Shown piece after piece: positions 1 through 9,443 of a stretch of 64,000 nucleotides of DNA. The DNA lies in contig CAVVMW010000024.1 of NCBI GenBank assembly GCA_963749495.1, positions 32,001-96,000 of the forward strand, read 5' to 3'. Below the pieces are notes generated by a model. The model was not told where the DNA came from. It saw only the letters and a program-made list of their open reading frames with translations, and ran no database searches. The translations under genes and the position numbers were made by a program. The first letter of the stretch is position 1. Each line of letters starts with the position of its first letter. Origin of the DNA: an uncultured bacterium (lineage in GTDB: Bacteria > Verrucomicrobiota > Verrucomicrobiia > Limisphaerales > UBA8199).

Positions 1-669
1 TTGGCGGCAGTTGTCCAGCGGGTTCTTGCCGCCGCTGGGGCGGTAGTGGACGGCCGCCAGGCGCACCGCGCGGGCGGGCAGCGCGGCCGACTCGCTCAAC
101 GACACCTGGCTCCAGCGGACCTCGCCGCCGGGAGCCCATTGCAGGTGCAGCGAAACCACTGCCTGGCGCGCCCGGCTCGGGGCGTGATAGACATCCGAGA
201 CCTCGGTCCACCCCTGGCTGTCGGCCCCGCGTGTGGTGGGGAACTCGGTCTCCGCCGTGCCGATCGAGCCTCGCAGGTAGCCTGCCACCGTCGGTTCGTC
301 CAACGGCACGCTGCCGCTTTGGGCGTCGCGCCAATCCAGCTTCGCGACCACGCTCTGCCGCGGCACCGCCACCGAATTGGCCTGGTAGCGCGCAACAAAG
401 CGATAGGCCTTGCCGCCCTCGACCGGATAAGTCCGGGTCCACCAGCCATCCAGCCCCTCGCGCCCGTCGGCCCGTATGATGAAGCACCCCTGCCCGTCCG
501 CCCCGCCCTTGGGCTCGTAAGCGAAGGCGGGCCGGAGTTCCTCACGCGGGGCGCCCGTCTGCCAGCCCTCTGGGGTGCCAAAGGGAGGGGGAGAGGAGGA
601 GGAAGGGCTGCCCTCGCTGCGGCCGATGCCCAGACCGAAGGCGAGTAAAACGAAGAAGCGAGCATTCAT
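1..669 (-). CDS. Secreted carbon-nitrogen hydrolase (nitrilase-superfamily) protein, 5' part; runs off the window edge
   Basis: Not in the ORF track. Manual translation from ATG 669 gives MNARFFVLLAFGLGIGRSEG (signal-like), a beta-rich domain (GWWTRTYPVEGGKAYRF...WTEVSDVYHAP), then VRLAAVHYRPSGGKNPLDNCRQ, resembling the first strand/helix of a CN-hydrolase. Frame is open to position 1. Confidence 0.65.
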   Translation of the reverse strand, partial: MNARFFVLLAFGLGIGRSEGSPSSSSPPPFGTPEGWQTGAPREELRPAFAYEPKGGADGQGCFIIRADGREGLDGWWTRTYPVEGGKAYRFVARYQANSVAVPRQSVVAKLDWRDAQSGSVPLDEPTVAGYLRGSIGTAETEFPTTRGADSQGWTEVSDVYHAPSRARQAVVSLHLQWAPGGEVRWSQVSLSESAALPARAVRLAAVHYRPSGGKNPLDNCRQ

Positions 670-754
670 GGTCTGGAACCCTTAACATGGCAGCGCACAA
701 AGGGGAAGCTGAAAAGGGGCGTGGCCCCGCAGGTGGAAATAAGTGGACTCAAAG

Positions 755-856
755 AAAGGGACAAAAGGGACAGAAAGGACAAAAGCGACGCCAGGATGCG
801 GGTCCATCCTGCCGCATCTGGCCGCCTCTTCGTTTTCTTCGTTTCCTTCTGTTAAA
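755..856. repeat. Two short 9-mer tandem arrays, (AAAGGGACA)x3 and (CTTCGTTTT/C)x3
   Basis: aaagggaca aaagggaca gaaaggaca at 755-781; cctcttcgttttcttcgtttccttctgtt at 825-853. Confidence 0.7.
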
Positions 857-862
857 GGGCCC

Positions 863-3682
863 TCATCCCCCCGCCCCAAGCTGGGCCAGGGCCTCGAGCA
901 CGGGCTGGCAGGGGCGGGTTGCCTCGTTGGTGAAGGCACGCAGCAAGGGCAGGGCCTCCTTCCAGCAGGAGGCGAGCGGGGGCAGCAAGGCATCCTTGGG
1001 CGCCGCCGGTTCGGGCAGCCGATTTTGAATGGCCAGCGCGCAGCCCAGGGGCACGACGCCTTCGAGCAAGGCGGCGCGGGCCTCCTCGGCCAGCCCCGCT
1101 TCGTTGAGCACCCGGGCCATCTTGAGCTTGCGGGCCGCATGTTGGCGTTGGGCGGCCAGCTTCTCCAATTCCGCGGCAGAGAGCGCGGGCGGGGCCGATT
1201 CCGGGGCCTCGGCCGGCCAGAGCGGCAGGCTCGCCCGCATGGTCCGGGCGATCAAACCGGCGTCCATGAGCCGTTGCAGCGCCTCGTCGGTGGCTTGGTC
1301 AATGACCTCCAACCGCACCGGCGCCAGCGGGTCCCAGCGGCCCGGGCCGAAGTACTCCTCGTGGAGCGGGGCAAGCTGCTGCCGGTACTGGGCGGCGTCG
1401 CGCTCGACCACGACGTAAAGGACCGAATGGGGTGCGTCGTTCGGGTAACGCTCCTCGCAGCGGAGCAGGGCGGCGCTGAGGCGGCCATGGGCGGCGGCAG
1501 CGAACCCGCGCGCGCGGTCGGCCGGCAGGGGCGGTTTGGCCTCGGGCAATTCCGGCTTGGCCGCCACGGACGGGGTCAGGAGCTGGCGCAGCCGGGAGAC
1601 AAAGGCCTGCCGGCCACTGGTGAGTTTCAATTCCTTGAGATTGCCCTTGCGTTCGAGCACGCCGTCGGCCAGCGCCTGTTTGAGCGAGAGCTTGCCAATC
1701 ATCTCGTGCTCGATGGTCTTTTCGGAGACCAGGTTGATCACGGTGACCGAGCGGGTCTGGTGTTTGCGCCAGGCGCGGGCGATGCGCTGCTCGAGCTTGG
1801 CGGGGTTCCATGGGAGGTCGCAGTTGATCACGACGCTGGCGGCTTGCAGGTTCAGACCCGAGGCGCCCGAGTCGGTGCTCAGGAACACCCGGCATTTCGG
1901 GTCGGATTTGAAGGCATTGATCTCGGCCCGCCGGCGTTTCTGCGGGACGCTGCCGGTGTGCCAGGCGAAGCCCAGATCGAGACGGCGGCACAGCTCGCGC
2001 ACCAATTCGAGCATGCGCTCCCACTCGGAGAAGACCAGCACCTTGACCTCCGGATTGTCGCGGCATTCTTCGAGCAGCCTCCCCAGTTCCCCCAGTTTCG
2101 GACAGGCCCGCTGGTTGGGGTCCAGGATGTAGTTGGTGTCGCAGATCATGCGCATCATGGCCAGGTGGCGCAGCAGCTTCTCGGACTCCTGCTGGGTCAG
2201 GGGACGGCGTTCGGCAATCGAGACCAGCCGCGCCACCACCCCGGCATGGCTGTCATACTCGCCCTGCTGCTCGTCGCTGAGGCGGACGAAAAAATTGCGC
2301 TCGGTCCGCGCCGGCAGCTCGGTCTCCACGTCGGCCTTGCGCCGGCGCACCATGAAGGGGTGGATGAGATCGTGCAACTGGTCGAGGTTGCGATAGCCTA
2401 TGGGGCGGCCGCGGTCATCCAGTTCGTAGAATTGGCGGTTGAACCGGAAGAGCGGCCCCAGCACGGAGGGGTCCAGGAAATCCATCAGCGAGTGGATTTC
2501 ATCAATGCGGTTTTCGATCGGCGTGCCGGTGAGCACAAAGGCGTAACGGCTGCTCAGCCGCTTGATGGCCCGCGTGGTCTTGGTGTCCCAGTTTTTGATC
2601 CGTTGCGCCTCGTCCAGGATGACCACGTCGGGCCGCAGCCGCTGGTTGACCTCCAGCGAGTCGGCCAGCATCTGCTCGTAATTGACGATCGTGAAAAAGG
2701 GCAGGACCGGCCCGTTGCCGGCGGATGGAGCGGCCAAGGCGCCCGCGCCGTCGCGCTGGCCGGCGATGCCGTAGGCCCGCAGCCGCGCCCCCCGCCCCCC
2801 ATACACCAACTGATAAGGCAACTCGGTAAACTGCTGGATCTGCTCCTCCCACTCCGTTTTCAGCGAGGCGGGCGTGACGACCAGAATCCGCGCCGCCTGG
2901 CCGAGCCGGTTCAGCAGGGCGCACGCCGCAATGGCCTGGATGGTCTTGCCCAGCCCCATCTCATCCGCCAGCAGCGCCCGCTCCGTGAAGGCCAGGTGCA
3001 GCATCCCCTCCCGCTGATACGGAAAGAGGGCAACCTTGGTCTCATGCGCCGGCCAGGCCCCGCTCTGGACTTTCAACTCATACTCGCGCCGAAGCTCCTT
3101 GCGTTGCTCGGCGCGCCGCCGCGCCTCCAGCCACGGCCCCAGCTCCTGCGAGAGCCGCAGTTTGGGGACCTTTTCCCCGGCCAGCCGGCCCAGGGCCTCG
3201 ACCGCCTCCTCGGGCGAGCCGGCGCACAGGGCGCCGTCCTCGTCGAACCATTCCCGCAACGCTCCCGGCACCGGGGCGTCGTCCTTGGCCAGCCGAACCA
3301 ATCCGCTCGCCCCGTCAGGCACCACGTCCAGCCGTTGCGGACCGCTCCGCGCCGCCGCCGCGAACAGCCGCTTGAACCGCCCCTCCAACTGCAGCAGCAC
3401 CGCCTCCACGTGCTTGCACGTGCCCAGCCCGTTGATGCGAAAATCGACACAATCACAAGCAAAATGCCGCCCGCGCACGTCCCGGATCTCGACCGAATAG
3501 GTCAGGCCGCTGGTGGACTTGACACGGAAGTTGGAGCAGATCGGGTGCCGCGCGTCGGTGTTGGACACCGAGAACCCCTCCGTTTGGGCCCGGGCGCGGC
3601 GGCGGTTGATCTCGTCCTGGTCGGTCGTCCGCCAATTGTGCGGCGACGGCACTGCGATTTCGGGCGTTGCTTTGCTTCGCAT
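863..3682 (-). CDS. SWIM zinc finger + SNF2/SWI2 helicase-like ATPase
   Basis: SWIM CDCVDF...CKHVEA; motif I LADEMGLGKT; DEAQRIKN; LTGTPIENR; STDSGASGLNLQ; DLPWNPAKLEQRIARAWR. Start placed at ATG 3682. Confidence 0.9.
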   Translation of the reverse strand: MRSKATPEIAVPSPHNWRTTDQDEINRRRARAQTEGFSVSNTDARHPICSNFRVKSTSGLTYSVEIRDVRGRHFACDCVDFRINGLGTCKHVEAVLLQLEGRFKRLFAAAARSGPQRLDVVPDGASGLVRLAKDDAPVPGALREWFDEDGALCAGSPEEAVEALGRLAGEKVPKLRLSQELGPWLEARRRAEQRKELRREYELKVQSGAWPAHETKVALFPYQREGMLHLAFTERALLADEMGLGKTIQAIAACALLNRLGQAARILVVTPASLKTEWEEQIQQFTELPYQLVYGGRGARLRAYGIAGQRDGAGALAAPSAGNGPVLPFFTIVNYEQMLADSLEVNQRLRPDVVILDEAQRIKNWDTKTTRAIKRLSSRYAFVLTGTPIENRIDEIHSLMDFLDPSVLGPLFRFNRQFYELDDRGRPIGYRNLDQLHDLIHPFMVRRRKADVETELPARTERNFFVRLSDEQQGEYDSHAGVVARLVSIAERRPLTQQESEKLLRHLAMMRMICDTNYILDPNQRACPKLGELGRLLEECRDNPEVKVLVFSEWERMLELVRELCRRLDLGFAWHTGSVPQKRRRAEINAFKSDPKCRVFLSTDSGASGLNLQAASVVINCDLPWNPAKLEQRIARAWRKHQTRSVTVINLVSEKTIEHEMIGKLSLKQALADGVLERKGNLKELKLTSGRQAFVSRLRQLLTPSVAAKPELPEAKPPLPADRARGFAAAAHGRLSAALLRCEERYPNDAPHSVLYVVVERDAAQYRQQLAPLHEEYFGPGRWDPLAPVRLEVIDQATDEALQRLMDAGLIARTMRASLPLWPAEAPESAPPALSAAELEKLAAQRQHAARKLKMARVLNEAGLAEEARAALLEGVVPLGCALAIQNRLPEPAAPKDALLPPLASCWKEALPLLRAFTNEATRPCQPVLEALAQLGAGG

Positions 3683-3844
3683 CCGCCAAATTAGCCAACG
3701 CCCGCTCCGGAAAGTCAAAACCGAGTTGGGAAAAGTTGTTCACAGGATGTTCACTTGGCCCCTCTGCGTCGCTCCGCAACGCGCGCGCTACCGCCTCGGC
3801 TCGTGATGGTTTTGCCAGCAATGATTTCGCCCCGCCGTAACCGG

Positions 3845-3982
3845 TCACTGAAGGCGGAGGCAGAGTCCGCGGGGGACCCCTCACCCCGGCCCTCTCCCCT
3901 TCCCCGGTAGGATCGGGGCAAGGGGGCGGGGAGAGGACCGGGGTGAGGGCTCTGCCCGCGGTGCCGCTCCCGCCTCCACTGA
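3845..3982. repeat. REP-like doublet (CCCTCACCCCGGCCCTCTCCC family) enclosed by outer ~13-bp inverted ends
   Basis: Inner inverted pair 3877-3949; outer ends TCACTGAAGGCGG ... CCGCCTCCACTGA. Second copy at 36300-36489. Confidence 0.75.
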
Positions 3983-4049
3983 GGCCTTACCGTTGGGTCG
4001 CTCCTCTTGTTGACCGCATCGCCCATAGCCCATATTCTCCCCCATTCCG

Positions 4050-4619
4050 ATGCAGCTTCCGTTAGCCACGAGATTGGTCAACAGGGGTTCTGGAGAAAGC
4101 GTGCCCGGAATCATCCGGATCGCGATCGAAAGAGACCTGCTGTTGTGGACGGGTTGGCGATACAGGCAGACCGACGAGGACAGAGCCTGGGATTGGTGGG
4201 GCATCTACCGGGAATGCAGAGCGTCGCGCGGCCGGTACGAGTGTTATGCTGCGCTGGCCCTGGATGACCTCCAGGGGCTTGCGGTGCTGGATCTCAAAAC
4301 GAAAAAGACAAGCGTGGGTGGCGCCATCACTGTCGATTACCTCTCTACCAACCCGGCCAACCGGAAGCCGACTCACGGTCTCAAGCACGTTGGGGTGGCG
4401 CTCCTGGCTGCAGCCGTAGCCAGGAGCGTGGAAAGCGGTGCAAGAGGCAGCCTTTGGCTGGAGTCTCTGCCAGGCGCAGCAGGTTTTTATGAGAGTCTGG
4501 GGATGGCTAGGCGGCCTCGCAGGTCAGCAGAGGGGAACCTCGTCTACCTCCTTGATCCAGCAACGGCAGAACAATTGCTTGAAGAAATCAAAGGGCACGG
4601 CATAGTGGTACTACCATGA
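4050..4619 (+). CDS. GNAT-family N-acetyltransferase
   Basis: VDYLSTNPANR...KHVGVALLAAAV...LWLESLPGAAGFYESLGM. Promoter-like TTGACC-N17-TATTCT at 4010-4038. Confidence 0.75.
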   Translation: MQLPLATRLVNRGSGESVPGIIRIAIERDLLLWTGWRYRQTDEDRAWDWWGIYRECRASRGRYECYAALALDDLQGLAVLDLKTKKTSVGGAITVDYLSTNPANRKPTHGLKHVGVALLAAAVARSVESGARGSLWLESLPGAAGFYESLGMARRPRRSAEGNLVYLLDPATAEQLLEEIKGHGIVVLP

Positions 4620-4894
4620 AGCATCGAATTGACCTGGAGAAAGCCGCTGAGGTCGAGGCCTTCGGAGCGCTGGCCTTGCGCTCATGGCGTAAGCACCGTA
4701 GCGTCGGAGTTGCTGACGGGCCGTTCACGTCGGCTCAAAGCCGCGCGCTTTCCGACTTGGCTCGCTCAATGCTTCAGATCGCGAAGGAGGCGGGCGCCCA
4801 AGAGAGGCCTATTACCATCGGGGGCGTTTCCTTCGAGTTGCGGGAGAACGGAGTCGAGGAAGTCCTTTCAATTCGAACGGGTTCGCCCTCTTAA
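4616..4894 (+). CDS. Small hypothetical protein translationally coupled to the GNAT gene
   Basis: ATGA overlap with the GNAT stop; 92 aa. Confidence 0.6.
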   Translation: MKHRIDLEKAAEVEAFGALALRSWRKHRSVGVADGPFTSAQSRALSDLARSMLQIAKEAGAQERPITIGGVSFELRENGVEEVLSIRTGSPS

Positions 4895-4948
4895 CTCATT
4901 CAGTTTCAGTCATGTTGCCCGAGGCGTCTGAACCAATAGTGAAGACCA

Positions 4949-5977
4949 ATGGAAGCTTACGATACATTGCAGGCGGAACTGAAAGAGGCGCCGCGAACCT
5001 GGCTGGTGACCGGGGCGGCAGGGTTCATCGGCTCCCATTTGCTGGAGACGTTGTTGCGGCTGGAGCAGCACGTGACGGGGTTGGACAATTTCGCGACCGG
5101 CAAACGCGGCAATCTCGAGCAGGTGCGGGCGCAAGTGAGCCCCGGGCAATGGGCGCGGTTGCGGTTTATCGAGGCCGACATCGCGGAGGTGGAGGCCTGC
5201 CGGCGGGCGTGCGCCGGGGTGGACCTGGTGTTGCACCAAGCGGCGCTGGGTTCAGTGCCGCGCTCGCTGGAGGACCCGCTCGGCAGCCACCGCGCCAACG
5301 TGACCGGTTTTGCCAACATGCTGGTGGCCGCGCGCGCCGCTGGGGTCAAACGCCTGGTCTATGCCTCCAGCAGCTCGGTCTATGGCGATTCCCCGCGGCT
5401 GCCCAAAGTCGAGCAGGAGACCGGCTCGCCTCTGTCGCCTTACGCAGCGACCAAGGCGATGGACGAACTCTACGCCATGGTCTTCGCGCACGCATACGGG
5501 TTCCAGACCGTGGGCCTGCGCTATTTCAACGTATTCGGCCCGCGCCAGGACCCGGAGGGCGCCTATGCCGCGGTCATCCCCAAATGGATTGCAGCCCTGC
5601 TCCACCGGGAGCCGGTCTGCATCAACGGAGACGGCGCGACGAGCCGCGACTTTTGTTACGTGACGAACGTGGTCCAGGCCAACCTCCTGGCGGCAACCAC
5701 TCCCCGGCCCGAGGCGGTCAACCAGGTCTATAACATCGCTCTGGGGGACCGCACCACGTTGAACCAACTCTTCGGGCTCGTCCAGGGCGCATTGCGCAAG
5801 CTGGACCCGACCCTGCCCGAGCAAAAGCCGATCTACCGGGACTTCCGGCCCGGGGACGTCAAGCACTCCCTGGCCGACATCGCCAAGGCCCAGGGCCTGC
5901 TCGGCTACGCCCCCACCCACCGCATCGGCCAGGGCCTGGATCTGGCCATGGCCTGGTACAGAGCGAACTTGATATAG
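4949..5977 (+). CDS. NAD-dependent epimerase, UDP-GlcNAc/GlcNAcA C4-epimerase (WbpP/TviC type)
   Basis: [49 protein letters not shown]. Confidence 0.92.
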   Translation: MEAYDTLQAELKEAPRTWLVTGAAGFIGSHLLETLLRLEQHVTGLDNFATGKRGNLEQVRAQVSPGQWARLRFIEADIAEVEACRRACAGVDLVLHQAALGSVPRSLEDPLGSHRANVTGFANMLVAARAAGVKRLVYASSSSVYGDSPRLPKVEQETGSPLSPYAATKAMDELYAMVFAHAYGFQTVGLRYFNVFGPRQDPEGAYAAVIPKWIAALLHREPVCINGDGATSRDFCYVTNVVQANLLAATTPRPEAVNQVYNIALGDRTTLNQLFGLVQGALRKLDPTLPEQKPIYRDFRPGDVKHSLADIAKAQGLLGYAPTHRIGQGLDLAMAWYRANLI

Positions 5978-5990
5978 GCCCTCGGCCAAG

Positions 5991-6162
5991 GGCGCTTCCC
6001 GGCACTGCCCCCGGAGTGCGCCCGTCCCCGGGCGCAGCAGCGACGGAGCGGGCAGGCGCGATGGAGTGGTTGACCGCTGCCCTGGCTCCGGACGGCGCTG
6101 CGCCCGAGGACGGGCGCACTCCGGTCCGGCCCCCGGCGGTGGGGGCAGTGTCGGGATGCGCC
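5991..6162. repeat. GGAG-type REP doublet nested inside outer inverted ends
   Basis: Outer gggcgcttcccggcactgcccc / ggggcagtgtcgggatgcgcc; inner GGAGtgcgcccgtccccgggcgcagc ... gctgcgcccgaggacgggcgcaCTCC (6013-6122). The outer end recurs at 10293 and 43425. Confidence 0.8.
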
Positions 6163-6247
6163 GCGCAGCCATCAGGATTCGGACAAATCCAAGAATCAAA
6201 AGAAGGTCATGCGGGCAGACTCCTTCACCCGGGTCTGTGGTGCCCGA

Positions 6248-6808
6248 TCATTGCCCTGCTTTGGTTTCGGAGCGGAGGGCGTCGAGTTCCGGGCGGACCT
6301 GCTCCTTGATTTGCGCGCTCATGCGGTCGATGAAGAGGATGCCCTGGAGGTGATCGATTTCGTGCTGGATGACGCGCGCGAGCAAGCCCCCGCAACGGAA
6401 GCGGGCCGGCTCTCCCCGCGCATCCAGGGCGGTTACATCCACCATGTCCGGCCGGGCGATGTCGGCGTAGATCTCCGGGAAACTGAGGCAGCCTTCGGGG
6501 CCGGCCACCGGATCGCCGATGGGGGTGATTTGCGGGTTGATGAGCACCAGGGGCATGAATTGGGCCACGTCCGCTGGCCCTCCGTTTAGCTCGAGCGAGG
6601 AAGGGCGGTCGGTGGCCCCGCGCACATCGATGACCGTGAGTTGGACGGGCACGCCGACCTGTTGCGCGGCCAGGCCAATGCCCTTGTAGGCGTACATCGT
6701 TTCGAGCATGTCGGCGATCAGCCGCGTGATGGCGGGCGTGACGCTCTCGATGCGCGCCCCTTTCTGGCGCAGCACCGGCTCTCCGTATTTCACAATCATC
6801 AACACCAC
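6248..6808 (-). CDS. def: Peptide deformylase
   Basis: GIGLAAQQVG, EGCLS, QHEIDHLQG. Start approximate. Confidence 0.95.
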   Translation of the reverse strand: MVLMIVKYGEPVLRQKGARIESVTPAITRLIADMLETMYAYKGIGLAAQQVGVPVQLTVIDVRGATDRPSSLELNGGPADVAQFMPLVLINPQITPIGDPVAGPEGCLSFPEIYADIARPDMVDVTALDARGEPARFRCGGLLARVIQHEIDHLQGILFIDRMSAQIKEQVRPELDALRSETKAGQ

Positions 6809-6854
6809 ACGCCACACCCTGCCTTATCCGCGCCTGCTCCGCAACCTCCGGTGG

Positions 6855-7778
6855 TCATTCGGGCTTTACGCCGAGAATCTCGAGCACGCGCTCGAGCTCC
6901 GCGTCGCTGAAGAAGGAGATCTCCAGGGCGCCTTTGCCCTGCGCGTATCGCAAGTGGACTTTGGCGCCCAATCGCTGGCGAAGCCGGTCTTCGAGGCTGG
7001 CCAGGTGCGGGTCCTGATGGGGTTGGGGGCCGGGGCCCGGCTTTGCCAACCCAGCCTCGGTTTGGCGGGCCTGGAGGCGCGCGACCAGGACCTCGGTCTG
7101 GCGGACGTTGAGTCCATCCCTGACGATGCGCTCGGCCGCCAGCTTCTGCTGCGGCTCGGCGGGCAGGGCCAGGATGACTTTGCCATGGCCCGGCGAGAGC
7201 CGGCCTGCCCGGATGAGGTCCTGGATGGCGGGGGCCAGCTTCAACAGACGCAACGAGTTGGCCACCGCCGCCCGGCTCTTGCCCACCTGGGTGGCGACCT
7301 GCTCCTGGGTGAGCTGAAATTGCTCGATGAGCTGCGAGTAGCCCTGGGCCTCCTCGATGGCGTTGAGGTTTTCCCGCTGCAGGTTCTCGATGAGGGCCAA
7401 CTCGAGGGCCGCGCGGTCGTCGGCGGCGCGGACAATCACCGGCACTTCGGCCAGGCCGAGCAGTTGGGCGGCCCGCCAGCGGCGTTCGCCGGCAATCAAC
7501 TCGAGCCGCCCCTCGCGCTCGCGCACAATGAGGGGCTGAACGATGCCCTGCTCCTTGATCGAATCGGCCAGTTCGCGCAACGCCTCGGGGGAGAACTCCT
7601 TGCGGGGCTGGAAGGGGCTGGAGTGGACGCGCCCCAGGGGCACCTGTCGCACCTGCTCGAGCGTGTCGGGCGGGGCCGTTGCGGCCAAGGTTGTCGAGGA
7701 GGCCGGCGCGGGCGGCTTGGCGATGGAGTTGCCGCCGAGAAGCGCGCCCAAGCCCCGGCCCAGAGCTGGCTTTGCCAT
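6855..7778 (-). CDS. parB: Chromosome partitioning protein ParB/Spo0J
   Basis: MAKPALGRGLGALL, QPRKEF, IAGERRWRA, ENLQRENLN, HTH. No adjacent parA. Confidence 0.95.
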   Translation of the reverse strand: MAKPALGRGLGALLGGNSIAKPPAPASSTTLAATAPPDTLEQVRQVPLGRVHSSPFQPRKEFSPEALRELADSIKEQGIVQPLIVREREGRLELIAGERRWRAAQLLGLAEVPVIVRAADDRAALELALIENLQRENLNAIEEAQGYSQLIEQFQLTQEQVATQVGKSRAAVANSLRLLKLAPAIQDLIRAGRLSPGHGKVILALPAEPQQKLAAERIVRDGLNVRQTEVLVARLQARQTEAGLAKPGPGPQPHQDPHLASLEDRLRQRLGAKVHLRYAQGKGALEISFFSDAELERVLEILGVKPE

Positions 7779-7926
7779 GGCCCCAGAGTGTCGCAAGCCC
7801 GCCAGGTTGTCAATCCGGGGCCTACGCTCGGTAGTGTCCTAATTTGGGCAGTGGGGGCCTGTCAGGAGTGAGTCGGGGGATGATTTTTGGCTTTGGAAAC
7901 GCCCCGCCGGCTGGTATCTGAGGGGT

Positions 7927-8196
7927 GTGGAACTCCTATCCGCCAAAACGAAAGAAACGCTCAGAGATTCCGTTCAAATGTTTCTGCTGTGTTTTTGTCT
8001 CCTGGCCTTCGCAATTTGTTTCACCTATGTGGAAGATTGGCTTGTTAAAACAAACCGGCCCGCCTACCTGTGCTGGGGCGCGCAGTACTTGGCCCTGGTG
8101 TCATTCGGTGTCGATATTTGGATATTCACCGCCACCCTTGCAAAGCTCGCCATCCGGGCATATCGTGACTTTAGAAATGAAATCTCGAAAAAATAA
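7927..8196 (+). CDS. Small hypothetical membrane protein (AT-rich islet)
   Basis: Two hydrophobic segments; visibly lower GC; TATCTG box 6 nt before GTG. Confidence 0.5.
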   Translation: MELLSAKTKETLRDSVQMFLLCFCLLAFAICFTYVEDWLVKTNRPAYLCWGAQYLALVSFGVDIWIFTATLAKLAIRAYRDFRNEISKK

Positions 8197-8716
8197 TCTC
8201 TGGTCAAAATACAGGTTCGATTTTGCATTTTCTGTAGTCCTGGCCTGTGTGGCCGCTCCGGTGATTATTGCGCTCCGTTACAATGGTTGGGTTATTGGGG
8301 CGGTATTCGCTATTGGAGCCATAGTGATCATTGTCCATGAGCTGGCCTTATCATTTCAAGAAGACCCAGAGGATTATTGTTTCAGTGTTGACATCCAACA
8401 TACTCAAGTGTTAGATTGGCGTTGGAAATTTGGACAAAAAACGCTTATGTCAAAGATTATTGCTGCTGGGGCGGCTGGATTTGCGGCGCTGGCGGCTGGG
8501 GCTGGGTCGACGGAGTTTGTCGCACGCTCAACAGGAACGTTGCCGCCTCCATCCCATCAATCGCCAAGCCAAGCGAGTAGTCCCCAAAACTCGGTAACCG
8601 TAATTGCGGAATTACCATCACCATCTGCGTCGTGGCAGATGTTTCATTGGGTCCAATTTGAATCTGCGTCTGAGCGTCAAGCCGCGGCATTATCAGATGA
8701 CCGTCCGCATCGGTGA
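8177..8716 (+). CDS. Possible membrane protein; only the first ~75 codons look genuine
   Basis: MKSRKNNLWSKYRFDFAFSVVLACVAAPV... with two TM-like segments, but the 3' half overlaps the better-supported minus-strand gene 8457-8903. Confidence 0.3.
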   Translation: MKSRKNNLWSKYRFDFAFSVVLACVAAPVIIALRYNGWVIGAVFAIGAIVIIVHELALSFQEDPEDYCFSVDIQHTQVLDWRWKFGQKTLMSKIIAAGAAGFAALAAGAGSTEFVARSTGTLPPPSHQSPSQASSPQNSVTVIAELPSPSASWQMFHWVQFESASERQAAALSDDRPHR

Positions 8717-8903
8717 ATGAAATCCTGATCCGCTTTACGCCTTCCTCGATTTGGGTAAACCGGATTTTGATTGCCAGAGTGCAAAGGGGATAAATGGCCG
8801 GAGTCGCTTGGAGCCACATTCGGTCGAACGTTCCGAGGATATTGAGCTTACCAGATGCATCCACGGTCGCGGCATCGCAGAGGGTGAAGATTTCTACTTT
8901 CAT
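8457..8903 (-). CDS. Hypothetical protein, DUF6941-like
   Basis: MKVEIFTLCDAATVDASGKLNILGTFD...FGDYSLGLAIDG pattern. Confidence 0.7.
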   Translation of the reverse strand: MKVEIFTLCDAATVDASGKLNILGTFDRMWLQATPAIYPLCTLAIKIRFTQIEEGVKRIRISFTDADGHLIMPRLDAQTQIQIGPNETSATTQMVMVIPQLRLPSFGDYSLGLAIDGMEAATFLLSVRQTPSTQPQPPAPQIQPPQQQ

Positions 8904-8908
8904 TTCGG

Positions 8909-9220
8909 TTATTTTTTGCTTTTAGATTCACTGACAATTGCTGCCCGGAGTGCGCTTTGCGGCGAAGCCACTGGCGGCATTTCCAGCACCGCCACAAACT
9001 TCTCGTTCCGGTTCTGCGGCGCGTCTGGGTGCCTCCAGGCGAAGCAGCGTTTGGCTTTGGGGTGTGCGCTCAAATAAAAGACTTCAACCCGGCCCCGCCA
9101 AACGGTTTGGCCTCGAAAGACTTCATGCACCGGCACGGTTTCGCGCCAGACGGCCCCGCACTTGTGCAAGTTCTGGATCGCGACTTGCAGCCGGTCCACG
9201 TATTGCCGCTTACTCTCCAC
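8909..9220 (-). CDS. Hypothetical protein coupled to the IS1 transposase remnant
   Basis: GTG start overlaps the transposase stop; VPVHEVFRGQTVWRGRVEVF...HPKAKRCFAW. Confidence 0.6.
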   Translation of the reverse strand: MESKRQYVDRLQVAIQNLHKCGAVWRETVPVHEVFRGQTVWRGRVEVFYLSAHPKAKRCFAWRHPDAPQNRNEKFVAVLEMPPVASPQSALRAAIVSESKSKK

Positions 9221-9424
9221 AGGCTTCAACCAGATCGCCAAGGGTCCAAATGCTCTGCTCGACTCCGGCAGCTTGGGCCGGCGTGGTTCTCAGGGCAAGA
9301 TGAATCTTGCACAGGTTGTAGTAGCAGAAATGCAGGGCGATTGCGGCCCTGAAGTTCTCTAGCTTCTTGGAGAAAGCGTTTGTCAGCCTAGTAAGCCGCC
9401 GGACGTGCATCCTGACCGTGTGGT
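9210..9424 (-). pseudogene. IS1-family transposase C-terminal remnant
   Basis: TVRMHVRRLTRLTNAFSKKLENFRAAIALHFCYYNLCKIH..LRTTPAQAAGV....WTLGDLV; upstream catalytic part missing. Confidence 0.85.
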
Positions 9425-9443
9425 CCGAGGCCTTTGGGAGACT

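Noticed and set aside
743..3694. Long opposite-strand ORFs (743-3694 +, 10513-12030 +, 36574-38328 -, 54759-56714 +, 59988-61607 + and others)
   Set aside because: Antisense shadows of well-supported genes, expected in high-GC DNA; no recognisable motifs.
6855..7860. parS site or replication origin near parB
   Set aside because: No TGTTTCACGTGAAACA-like palindrome or DnaA-box cluster seen, and no parA, dnaA or gidA nearby.
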